Below, in pieces: positions 1 through 9,308 of a DNA stretch of 64,000 nucleotides. How positions within the stretch are numbered: the stretch's first letter is position 1; every line of letters begins with the position of its first letter. The DNA is from Candidatus Bathyarchaeota archaeon (GTDB taxonomy: Archaea > Thermoproteota > Bathyarchaeia > Hecatellales > Hecatellaceae). A program made the translations under genes and the position numbers. The stretch is from assembly GCA_052246995.1 (NCBI GenBank), contig JBQPWD010000001.1, positions 32,001 through 96,000 of the forward strand, read 5' to 3'. The notes under the pieces were generated by a model. That model ran no database searches, was not told the DNA's origin, and saw nothing but the letters and a program-made list of their open reading frames with translations.

Positions 1-251
1 CTGAGCAAGCGGAACATTCCTCGGCAGAATTAGGTTATATTGCTATAGGTGCAGGTATTGCTATAAGTATCCCTGGTTTTGCCGCTGCTTGGAGTCTTGG
101 TACGGCAACCTCTGCTATTGCTGCCGCTGGAGCTGAAAGACCTGAAATTATAGGTAGGTTCTTTATCTATGTTGTGTTTATTGAAGCTATTGCAATCTAT
201 GCGCTTATAGTTGCAATATTCATCATAACGATGCTTCCAGCGTATCTATAA
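1..251 (+). CDS. atpK: A/V-type ATP synthase proteolipid subunit K/c, 3' part (partial)
   Basis: Manual translation from nt 3: ...GYIAIGAGIAISIPGFAAAWSLG...AAAGAERPEIIGRFFIYVVFIEAIAIYALIVAIFII...; hairpin proteolipid with ERPE loop and ion-binding Glu; stop TAA at 249-251. Confidence 0.9.
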   Translation, partial: EQAEHSSAELGYIAIGAGIAISIPGFAAAWSLGTATSAIAAAGAERPEIIGRFFIYVVFIEAIAIYALIVAIFIITMLPAYL

Positions 252-292
252 TACAAGTTCAGGTTAAAAACTTACAAGTTTGGCTAAACTGG

Positions 293-499
293 TTAGTCTA
301 AAGGCCATGCCTTGAAAAAATCGCTTAAATTATACTCTAAAACCCTTTTTATATTTTTGTTTTCACTAAGCCTTAAACCACAACCAGGACATATATAGCT
401 TAAGGATAGTTTTACGATGAAAAATCTATTCATGTTAGGACAGTAGAGTAAGGCTTCTGCGTCAGAGATGTTTGAAATCTTTAGTAAATGCTTTTTCAA
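293..499 (-). CDS. Small hypothetical protein with Cys motifs (YCP...CPGCG), possible zinc ribbon
   Basis: 68-aa ORF filling an intergenic gap; CxxC motif. Confidence 0.5.
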   Translation of the reverse strand: MKKHLLKISNISDAEALLYCPNMNRFFIVKLSLSYICPGCGLRLSENKNIKRVLEYNLSDFFKAWPLD

Positions 500-646
500 A
501 TAAGTCGCCTAGGTATAACATTAAAATTTATTAATTTTTATTAAGTTAAATTTATCTTGACAAACCTAAGAGGTTTTAGTCTTGGTGATAGGAGGTTATG
601 CGGATTTTTTTCCTTTTATGTTTTTTATCTCTAGGTGTTTTAGAGT

Positions 647-940
647 ATGAACATGGAAGTTAAAAAATGTTTTCCTAAATGTGAGTTTTTCAGATGTGGA
701 CAAAAGGCTCTTCAACTCAAGTTTGGAAAACAGTACTGTAAACTTGTAGATGATGTTTGTGAAGGGTATAAGTGTAGGTATGCTATTTGTATAAGGAATA
801 GGCTTTTACCCGACGGTATATGCAGTTTAACAATCAAGAGAGAGCAAAAGCAAGTTGAAATACCCCTAGAGGATGATGCTTTAAAGAAAATTAGGGTTAA
901 AGGCAAACTTCAAAAAAGACTTGGAAAAGAAATTTTTTAA
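647..940 (+). CDS. Cys-rich hypothetical protein, probably metal-binding
   Basis: 8 Cys in the N-terminal 60 aa; basic C-terminus; co-oriented with Brix and Pcc1. Confidence 0.75.
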   Translation: MNMEVKKCFPKCEFFRCGQKALQLKFGKQYCKLVDDVCEGYKCRYAICIRNRLLPDGICSLTIKREQKQVEIPLEDDALKKIRVKGKLQKRLGKEIF

Positions 941-952
941 TCTGGTAAGAGG

Positions 953-1537
953 TTGAAGAGCAGTATTAAACTCTTGATTACAAGTTCACATAGACCAACA
1001 AAACTTATAAGAAGTTTTATGAACGATTTAGCTTCGGTTATACCCAACTCCATTAGAGTTAACCGTGGAAAAATGAGTTTTATGGATGTGGCTAAAAAAG
1101 CTCTAGCCCTAAACATAAACTTGGTTTTAATTGTTAGTAGGTGGAAAGGTGGGCCTGGAAAGATTGAGTTTTATGGGTTTGAAGATAGAAAGATGAAGCT
1201 TTTACCTCCAATTATATACGTTAAAGGTGTGCGTTTACAAAGAACCCATAAAATCTTCTTTAGAAGATTTAAAGTTAAACCAAGAAGCTTATCAATAGTT
1301 AAGCCTTTAAACAACGATTCTGAAGTTCAAAAACTTGCTGAAACTTTAGCTGAAACCCTTAAAATTCCATTTGTAACCTCTACTGAAAACGTGGTATCCG
1401 ATGTTTTCATGAAAATTTATAGGAACAATGAGGGAAAACTTAAGATTACCTTTATTTCCGTCATGAATGACGGAATTGAAGTTGGACCTGAAATTTTTAT
1501 TAAGCATATTAGATGGGCGAGTGTTAAGCATGATTAA
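953..1537 (+). CDS. Brix/Imp4-domain ribosome biogenesis protein
   Basis: LITSSHRPT...RSFMNDL...RVNRGKMS...RWKGGPGKI and C-terminal GPEI motifs of archaeal Brix proteins; followed by Pcc1. Confidence 0.9.
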   Translation: MKSSIKLLITSSHRPTKLIRSFMNDLASVIPNSIRVNRGKMSFMDVAKKALALNINLVLIVSRWKGGPGKIEFYGFEDRKMKLLPPIIYVKGVRLQRTHKIFFRRFKVKPRSLSIVKPLNNDSEVQKLAETLAETLKIPFVTSTENVVSDVFMKIYRNNEGKLKITFISVMNDGIEVGPEIFIKHIRWASVKHD

Positions 1538-1778
1538 AGCAAAAATAACGTTTAAAACTTCAAAGAAAAAATGTAAAAAAATTGTTAAAGTGTTAAAGCC
1601 TGAAACAAGATTTACACCTACATCTAGAAGTAAAACTAAAATCAAAAATGGAGGTAACACGGTTGAGGTCACATTTTATGCTAAAGATTTTTCAGCATTA
1701 AGAGCATCAATAAACTCATTTTGCCGCTGGGTTAAAATGGTTGATGAGGTTTTAGATGTTGCTAAAGATTTAAGATGA
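1530..1778 (+). CDS. pcc1: KEOPS complex subunit Pcc1
   Basis: LKPE...SRS...AKDFSALRASINSFCRW motif; ATG at 1530 overlaps the Brix stop. Confidence 0.85.
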   Translation: MIKAKITFKTSKKKCKKIVKVLKPETRFTPTSRSKTKIKNGGNTVEVTFYAKDFSALRASINSFCRWVKMVDEVLDVAKDLR

Positions 1779-2030
1779 TACCCTTTTAAATTCATGAGTT
1801 TATGTAATAATGTTGTCCACTTTTTATGGGTTGGTAAGCTTCATACACTTTGGTTTAAGGTTGAATTAGTAAAAATAATCATTAATCTGTTATGTAAACT
1901 CTTCTGCGACTTCAAATAACGCTAACATGGAAAGCTTAAACAAGGCACTACTTGATGTTAATAATAACTTTACTTTTTAAGGCTAAAAACAACTAAGCTG
2001 AAAAATTCGATAAAACCTAAGGAACGTTAC

Positions 2031-2059
2031 ACTTAAAAGTTTTAGATACTTAAAAGTTT
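2031..2059 (+). promoter_or_regulatory. Direct repeat ACTTAAAAGTTT x2; the first copy is a likely TATA box for the C/D sRNA
   Basis: Copies at 2031-2042 and 2048-2059; first copy lies about 25-30 nt upstream of the C box. Confidence 0.45.
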
Positions 2060-2060
2060 A

Positions 2061-2121
2061 TAGGTGATGAAATCGCTACACCCTGAAAAATGTTAATGAT
2101 GAGGGTTCAAAGCTCTGAAGT
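2061..2121 (+). ncRNA. Box C/D methylation-guide sRNA
   Basis: C box GTGATGA 2064-2070, 12-nt guide AATCGCTACACC, D' CTGA 2083-2086, C' ATGATGA 2096-2102, 12-nt guide GGGTTCAAAGCT, D CTGA 2115-2118; all four boxes match consensus. Confidence 0.9.
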
Positions 2122-2129
2122 CTTAACTT

Positions 2130-2708
2130 TTAATTTACTTCCCCAGCATTGTTGTTGGCTATGATTATTGCTTTAAATTCTGTTTGTCTCCAAACTTCTA
2201 AAAGTTTTTCAGGTTTACATTTAAGATATGAACCTACAGCTGGGTCATGAATATACAAGTAATTCTCATCGTAACCTACAACAACAACCGTATGTAAATA
2301 CTCGTTGATTTGTATCCTTATGATAACAGGTTTTCCATTATCAATTTCACTTTTAAGTTGCTTCATGTTTAAGGATGCGTAGTAACACTTTCCAAGGTAG
2401 TTTGAAAGTAGAGGAAGCATGTTTTCAAATCTATCGTAACCCAAATAATTGATTTCATCTTGAGTTAAATTATATCCATAATATGCTAGGACCATGCTTG
2501 CAGATGCTTCTGAACAAAACCATGGTTTCTGGTAGAAGAATGGTACGTCTAATATTTTGATTTTAGTTAAGTTTTCCTCTTCAAGCTTGCCAGAATAAAT
2601 TTGGAGGTTTGTTTGTGGAGCTTTACTGATAAAGGTTAAACATAAAATAATTAGTGTAAGTGTAATAGTTAAGACTAAAATTTTGATGCATGTTTTTCCA
2701 TTTATCAT
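2130..2708 (-). CDS. Membrane-anchored or secreted C39-like cysteine peptidase
   Basis: N-terminal hydrophobic helix; VPFFYQ..WFCSEASASMVLAYYG, HTVVVVGYD, IHDP (Q-C-H-D). Confidence 0.85.
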   Translation of the reverse strand: MINGKTCIKILVLTITLTLIILCLTFISKAPQTNLQIYSGKLEEENLTKIKILDVPFFYQKPWFCSEASASMVLAYYGYNLTQDEINYLGYDRFENMLPLLSNYLGKCYYASLNMKQLKSEIDNGKPVIIRIQINEYLHTVVVVGYDENYLYIHDPAVGSYLKCKPEKLLEVWRQTEFKAIIIANNNAGEVN

Positions 2709-2753
2709 TACTTACCTAATTAGGTTAACTCAGCTTAAAGTTTTTCGAGCTTT

Positions 2754-3752
2754 CTAACTTGAAACAAACCTTTTTAAAAGAAGGTTTGCTGCTGAGTATG
2801 GATCTACTTCCCCTGATGTTACTTTGCTTAACACGTTTTTAAATTCACCATCTATGTTTGCTTTCTTTAAAACATGTTCATATATTTTTTGGGATAAAAT
2901 TTCTAAAACTTCTAACTTATTTTTTTCCATTTTAAGTTTTTCCATCATTCCTGACTCTACAAGGAAGTTTTTATGGTTATCAATTTCTTCAACAAGTTTG
3001 TCTATTCCATCACCCCTAACAGCAATAGTTTTAACAACTGGTTTTTTCCATATTTTATGGAAACCTCTTTCCTTGAGTTTCTCATAATCATATTCAACAT
3101 ACTCTTCAATTTCCCTGACAGTCTGGTCAGCATTATCTTGGTCAGCTTTATTAACAACAAATATGTCTCCAATTTCATAAATACCGGTTTTCATAGCTTG
3201 AATTTCATCTCCAAGCTTAGGCATAAGTACAAGAACAACCGTGTAAGCATACTTTATAACATCAATTTGAGTTTGCCCAGCTCCAACTGTTTCGATAATC
3301 ACTACATCTTTTCCAGATGCATCAAGAACCTTAACAGCATAACCAGTAGCCCTAGACAATCCTCCAAGCGACCCACGACTCCCCATGCTTCTAATAAAAA
3401 CACCACTATCCGTTGAATGTTCTTTCATTCTTATTCTATCACCAAGTAAAGCTCCTCCTGTAAATGGGCTTGTTGGGTCAACCGCCAAAACACCAACACT
3501 TAATCCCTTCTTCCTATATTCCCTGATAAGCCTATCAATAAGGCAGCTTTTACCTACTCCCGGTGGCCCTGTTACCCCTATAACATGCGCTTTTCCGGTG
3601 TAGGTATGAAGCTTTGCAAGGACATTCATAGCCTCACTGTTACCTTCCTCAATTAAAGTTATAAGTCTAGCAATTGCTCTAGTTTCACCATTTAAAACCT
3701 TCTTAACAAATTCGTCAACATCCTCATGTAGTATTCTGTTTAGTGTGGACAT
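2754..3752 (-). CDS. meaB: B12 mutase-associated GTPase chaperone MeaB/ArgK
   Basis: GVTGPPGVGKS, AVDPTSPFTGGALLGDRIRM, ETVGAGQ, VVNKAD. Confidence 0.97.
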   Translation of the reverse strand: MSTLNRILHEDVDEFVKKVLNGETRAIARLITLIEEGNSEAMNVLAKLHTYTGKAHVIGVTGPPGVGKSCLIDRLIREYRKKGLSVGVLAVDPTSPFTGGALLGDRIRMKEHSTDSGVFIRSMGSRGSLGGLSRATGYAVKVLDASGKDVVIIETVGAGQTQIDVIKYAYTVVLVLMPKLGDEIQAMKTGIYEIGDIFVVNKADQDNADQTVREIEEYVEYDYEKLKERGFHKIWKKPVVKTIAVRGDGIDKLVEEIDNHKNFLVESGMMEKLKMEKNKLEVLEILSQKIYEHVLKKANIDGEFKNVLSKVTSGEVDPYSAANLLLKRFVSS

Positions 3753-3814
3753 CCAAAACCTCCTACCTAGAACTTAAGTATTGAGAGCTTAATAGGAGTG
3801 TTTAAATTTTTCCA

Positions 3815-3834
3815 TGTTCTAATATTTTTGAACA
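3815..3834. promoter_or_regulatory. Putative operator TGTTC-N10-GAACA downstream of the mutase TATA box
   Basis: TGTTCTAATATTTTTGAACA; TTTAAAT at 3801-3807; similar site at 7654-7673. Confidence 0.55.
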
Positions 3835-3863
3835 TACACTTTTAACTGTATGGGTGTTAAGTT

Positions 3864-5528
<1,665 letters not shown>

Positions 5529-5540
5529 GAGGTTTTCCTT

Positions 5541-5960
5541 TTGTCTGACAGTAAGAAAATTAGGGTTTTGATTGCTAAGCCTGGTCTTGATGGGCATGAC
5601 CGTGGAGCTAAGGTTGTTGCTAGAGGTTTGGCTGATGCTGGAATGGAGGTTATTTACGCTGGCTTATGGAATTCTCCTGAGGAGATAGTAGATATAGCCA
5701 TTCAGGAGGATGTTGATGTAGTTGGGCTTAGCATTCTTTCAGGTGCACATGACGTTATTGTGCCAAAGGTTAGAAAGCTTCTTGACGAAAAAGGTGGAAA
5801 GGATATTATTCTCCTTGTAGGCGGTACAATACCTCTTGAAGACGTTGAGTATTTAAAAAGAGAATGCAGGGTAACTGAAGTTTTCCTTCCGGGCTCAAGT
5901 ATACAGTCAATAGTTAAATGTGTAGTGGAAAACGTTAAAAAGACTGGAAAAGACTGTTAA
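5541..5960 (+). CDS. Acyl-CoA mutase small (cobalamin-binding) subunit
   Basis: [12 protein letters not shown] (DxHxxG), [12 protein letters not shown] motifs. Confidence 0.96.
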   Translation: MSDSKKIRVLIAKPGLDGHDRGAKVVARGLADAGMEVIYAGLWNSPEEIVDIAIQEDVDVVGLSILSGAHDVIVPKVRKLLDEKGGKDIILLVGGTIPLEDVEYLKRECRVTEVFLPGSSIQSIVKCVVENVKKTGKDC

Positions 5961-6037
5961 ATTTTTCTTAAAACCATTTTTTTTAAATCATTTTTAAAAC
6001 AAAAAGTATAATTGTAGATTAAAAGCTAGGTAAAGTT

Positions 6038-7219
6038 ATGACTCGTAGGGTTGCCCTTGTTGGTTATGGATGCTTAAAAATCGGTAAGTATGGTGCTGAG
6101 CTATCTGAAAATGAGATGGCTGTTAAAGCTATAAAGCTTGCTTTGCAGGATGCTGGAATTTCTAAGAATGATGTTGAAGGATTTGTTACAACTCCAAACT
6201 ATCTTTTAACAATGGGTCTTCAACTATCAATAATTTCAGAATACTTAAGAATTTCGCCTAGAGTTGCGGCTGAAATTGCTTGTGGTGGTGTTGCTGGGGG
6301 TTTAGCACTTAAACATGCTATAAATGAAATTATGCTTGGCTATGCAGACATAGTGGTTTGTTATGGTTCTGTTAAAGAGTCTATACGTTTTAAAAACGTT
6401 GCATTAATTGAACCTGGTATGGGTATTGAAGTTTACGAGCCTACAACTCAACCGTATGCTGTTGCAGGTGTTATGTGGGCTTATGCATGTTCAGGTAGAA
6501 GGTATATGTATGAGTATGGGGCAACAGAGGAGCATTTTGCAATGGCTTGCGTAAGAGATAGGAAAGGTGCTATGCATAATCCTTGGGCGTCATTTACCAC
6601 ACCAATAACAGTTGAAGATGTTTTAAAATCACCTGTTTTATGTTCACCGTTAAAACTTTTAGACTGTTCCGCTGCAAGAGACGGTGCAGTTGCAATAGTT
6701 TTAGCTTCAGAGGAAAAGGCTAAAAAAATAACCGATATCCCCATTTACGTTACCGGTGTTGGGGAGTATCATGATAATTCAAGCATAATTCCAACAGATG
6801 GATGCGATAAACCTATAACCTCATTTATTGCCGCTAAAGAGGCTGCTCAACAAGCATTAAAGATGGCAAAAATTGATGTTAACGATGTTGATGTTGCTGA
6901 ACTTTACGCGCCTTTCAGTCCTCAAGAACTTATACTTCCAGAAGATATTGGGTGGTTTAAGAAGGGTGAAATGGTTAAGGCTATTATGGACGGCTCTACT
7001 GAGGTTGGTGGGAAAATTCCGATAAATACTGATGGGGGTCTCCTATCTAGGGGGCATCCGGCTATGGTTACTCCTCTATACGAAACCGTAAGCATTATAA
7101 GGCAGCTTAGAGGTGAAGCAGGGAAGGTTCAGGTTGCTGGTGCTGAGATAGGTTTAATGCATTGTGAGGGTGGAATGCTTAACAACTGTATGGTTTTCAT
7201 TTTTAAAAGAGGTGATTAA
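6038..7219 (+). CDS. Thiolase-superfamily protein (SCP2/Ltp-like clade)
   Basis: CGGVAGG, PLKLLDCS..DGA, INTDGGLLSRGHP, QLRGEAG..QV; adjacent to DUF35. Confidence 0.9.
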   Translation: MTRRVALVGYGCLKIGKYGAELSENEMAVKAIKLALQDAGISKNDVEGFVTTPNYLLTMGLQLSIISEYLRISPRVAAEIACGGVAGGLALKHAINEIMLGYADIVVCYGSVKESIRFKNVALIEPGMGIEVYEPTTQPYAVAGVMWAYACSGRRYMYEYGATEEHFAMACVRDRKGAMHNPWASFTTPITVEDVLKSPVLCSPLKLLDCSAARDGAVAIVLASEEKAKKITDIPIYVTGVGEYHDNSSIIPTDGCDKPITSFIAAKEAAQQALKMAKIDVNDVDVAELYAPFSPQELILPEDIGWFKKGEMVKAIMDGSTEVGGKIPINTDGGLLSRGHPAMVTPLYETVSIIRQLRGEAGKVQVAGAEIGLMHCEGGMLNNCMVFIFKRGD

Positions 7220-7625
7220 GCTGTCTTCTCCATCAGAAATAGTTCATCTCCAACCAAAAATTACAAGTTTGACTTTAAAGTTTTGGGAAGGATTAAGAAA
7301 CAGGAAACTTTTAGCACCTAAGTGTAAAGAGTGTGGTGAAACATTTTTCCCACCTAGAGGTTTTTGTCCAAAATGTTTTTCTGAGGATATTGGATGGATT
7401 GAGCTTAGCGGTAAGGGTAAGCTTTATAGTTGGACTGAAGTTCACTACTTAACCACTAAACCATACATTCTTGGTGTTATAGAGTTAGCTGAGCGTGTTG
7501 GTAGAATGATTTCTAGAGTTGAAGCCAAAGCTGAAGAGCTAGTAATAGATATGCCTGTAAAAATTGACTTTATAAAAGTTTCAGATAAGCTTACTATTTT
7601 TATCTGGAAACCTGATAAAAACTAA
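7212..7625 (+). CDS. DUF35 Zn-ribbon/OB-fold protein (thiolase partner)
   Basis: FWEGL...KCKECG..FFPPRGFCPKC...GKGKLYSWT; start probably GTG 7212 or CTG 7221 after GAGGTGA. Confidence 0.92.
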   Translation: MIKLSSPSEIVHLQPKITSLTLKFWEGLRNRKLLAPKCKECGETFFPPRGFCPKCFSEDIGWIELSGKGKLYSWTEVHYLTTKPYILGVIELAERVGRMISRVEAKAEELVIDMPVKIDFIKVSDKLTIFIWKPDKN

Positions 7626-7653
7626 GAAAACCTAAAAATTTATATCTTTTTTC

Positions 7654-7673
7654 TATTCCTATATTTAGGAATA
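7654..7673. promoter_or_regulatory. Putative operator TATTCCTA-N4-TAGGAATA downstream of the CoA-ligase TATA box
   Basis: Perfect 8-bp inverted repeat starting 15 nt after TTTATA (7639). Confidence 0.6.
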
Positions 7674-7722
7674 TAGTAGACTTTATGTAAAATTTAGTCT
7701 GCAAATTTTAGGTGAGATTTGT

Positions 7723-9210
7723 TTGTCTACTCGTCTTGAACGTTTAAAAATGATTAAAGGTTGGTGGCGTCCGGATAAAATCTCCCCCGAACTTGTTAAA
7801 AAATTTGTAGACATGTATCCAATTTACAGAAATGATGTCAACGACCCCAACTTTAAACCTCAAAAAGAAATTGTTGAAATTCAAAACAGAAATTTAAGAA
7901 GGCAGGTTGAGCTTTGTGCAAAATACAGTCCTTATTATAGGGAGTTGTTTAAAAAGCATAACATTGACCCATCATCCATTAAAACTGTAGATGACTTAGT
8001 GAAGATTCCTTTAACATTTAAAAGAGATTACATGGCCAACCCTGAAGCTTTTAGGCTTGCTATAGATAAGCCAACACTTTATGAACTTCCATGGGATGTA
8101 ACATTTACTACGGGAACAACCACGGGTGTACCTACTCCATTTTATAATACTGTTCATGACCTATATTCGATATCCCTGTTTCTTATGAGGAGTGCAAAAA
8201 TTTGCTGGGGGTCTCCTGACGGAGTAATCTTTAATGCGTTTCCTTATGGTCCTGTACCTCATATTGGCTATCTTAGGGCGATAACTTCAGCTTTAGCTAT
8301 AGGTGCTTCTGTTGTTTCAGGTCATACTGGTATACCTCATCCAGAGTTTCCTGTTCATAGAAGGATGGATGAGGCTATTAGAATGATTGAAAACCATAAG
8401 TGTAATACCATAATGGGTATTGCAAGCTATGTTAGAAGGATGATTATGAGAGCTGAAGAGCTTGGAGCTGACTTTTCATCGATAATGGTTATCCATGTTC
8501 TTGGTGAAGGTTGTCCTAAAGGTATGCGTGATGATTTAAGAAGAAGGTTGGAGAAGCTTGGTGCTGAAGATGTTTTTGTGCATAATGGTTATGGGTTTAC
8601 AGAGTGTCAAGGCTCTTTTAGTGAGTGTACTGAGCTTGTAGGCAACCATAACCCCTCCCCAGACCTATACTTTATTGAAGTTGTTGATGAAGAAACTGGT
8701 GAACGTAAAGCTGACGGTGAAACAGGGCTAATAGCTTTAACTCATCTAAACCGTAGAGGTACAGTGCTACTTAGATATGTTATAGGCGATATTGGTAGGA
8801 TAACCCATGAACCATGTTCATACTGTGGTAGAACTGGAGATAGGCTTTTAATTGTTGCTGGAAGTACTTATGCAACAAGAACAAAGGAGCTTGTAAAGTT
8901 AAAAGGTACATTAATCAATCCTGCAATTTTATCTCATGAAATTGAAAATATTCGTGGGGTTGCGGAATATCAGATAGTTTTCACGAAGGAGGATCCAAAC
9001 GACCCTTACTCCATGGATAAACTTGTGGTAAGGATAGCTCCTTCAGGTGAAGTTCCACTTGAAGAGTTAAAAGGGAAAATTATTGATGCTACGTTTAGAG
9101 CTGTAGAAATGAGACCCGAGGTTGAGTTTACAACTCCTGAGAAAATTTTTGATGCAACAGTTTCCTTAAAGGCTTCAAGAGTTGTTGACAAACGTCCACA
9201 GGTGGCTTAA
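7723..9210 (+). CDS. Phenylacetate-CoA ligase (PaaK)-family acyl/aryl-CoA ligase
   Basis: SPYYR, TTGTTTG P-loop, GYGFTE, LLRYVIGD, KLKGTLINP, RVVDKR. Confidence 0.88.
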   Translation: MSTRLERLKMIKGWWRPDKISPELVKKFVDMYPIYRNDVNDPNFKPQKEIVEIQNRNLRRQVELCAKYSPYYRELFKKHNIDPSSIKTVDDLVKIPLTFKRDYMANPEAFRLAIDKPTLYELPWDVTFTTGTTTGVPTPFYNTVHDLYSISLFLMRSAKICWGSPDGVIFNAFPYGPVPHIGYLRAITSALAIGASVVSGHTGIPHPEFPVHRRMDEAIRMIENHKCNTIMGIASYVRRMIMRAEELGADFSSIMVIHVLGEGCPKGMRDDLRRRLEKLGAEDVFVHNGYGFTECQGSFSECTELVGNHNPSPDLYFIEVVDEETGERKADGETGLIALTHLNRRGTVLLRYVIGDIGRITHEPCSYCGRTGDRLLIVAGSTYATRTKELVKLKGTLINPAILSHEIENIRGVAEYQIVFTKEDPNDPYSMDKLVVRIAPSGEVPLEELKGKIIDATFRAVEMRPEVEFTTPEKIFDATVSLKASRVVDKRPQVA

Positions 9211-9257
9211 GCACTGTCATCCTACAACTGGAGCTAGCAACTTATTTATATCCATTT

Positions 9258-9274
9258 AATGTATACTATACATT
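9258..9274. promoter_or_regulatory. Perfect palindrome AATGTATA-C-TATACATT after the ACAD TATA box
   Basis: 8-1-8 inverted repeat; TTTATA at 9245-9250. Confidence 0.5.
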
Positions 9275-9308
9275 TTAAACATCTTTAAAAATCAGGTTGG
9301 GTGTTTAG

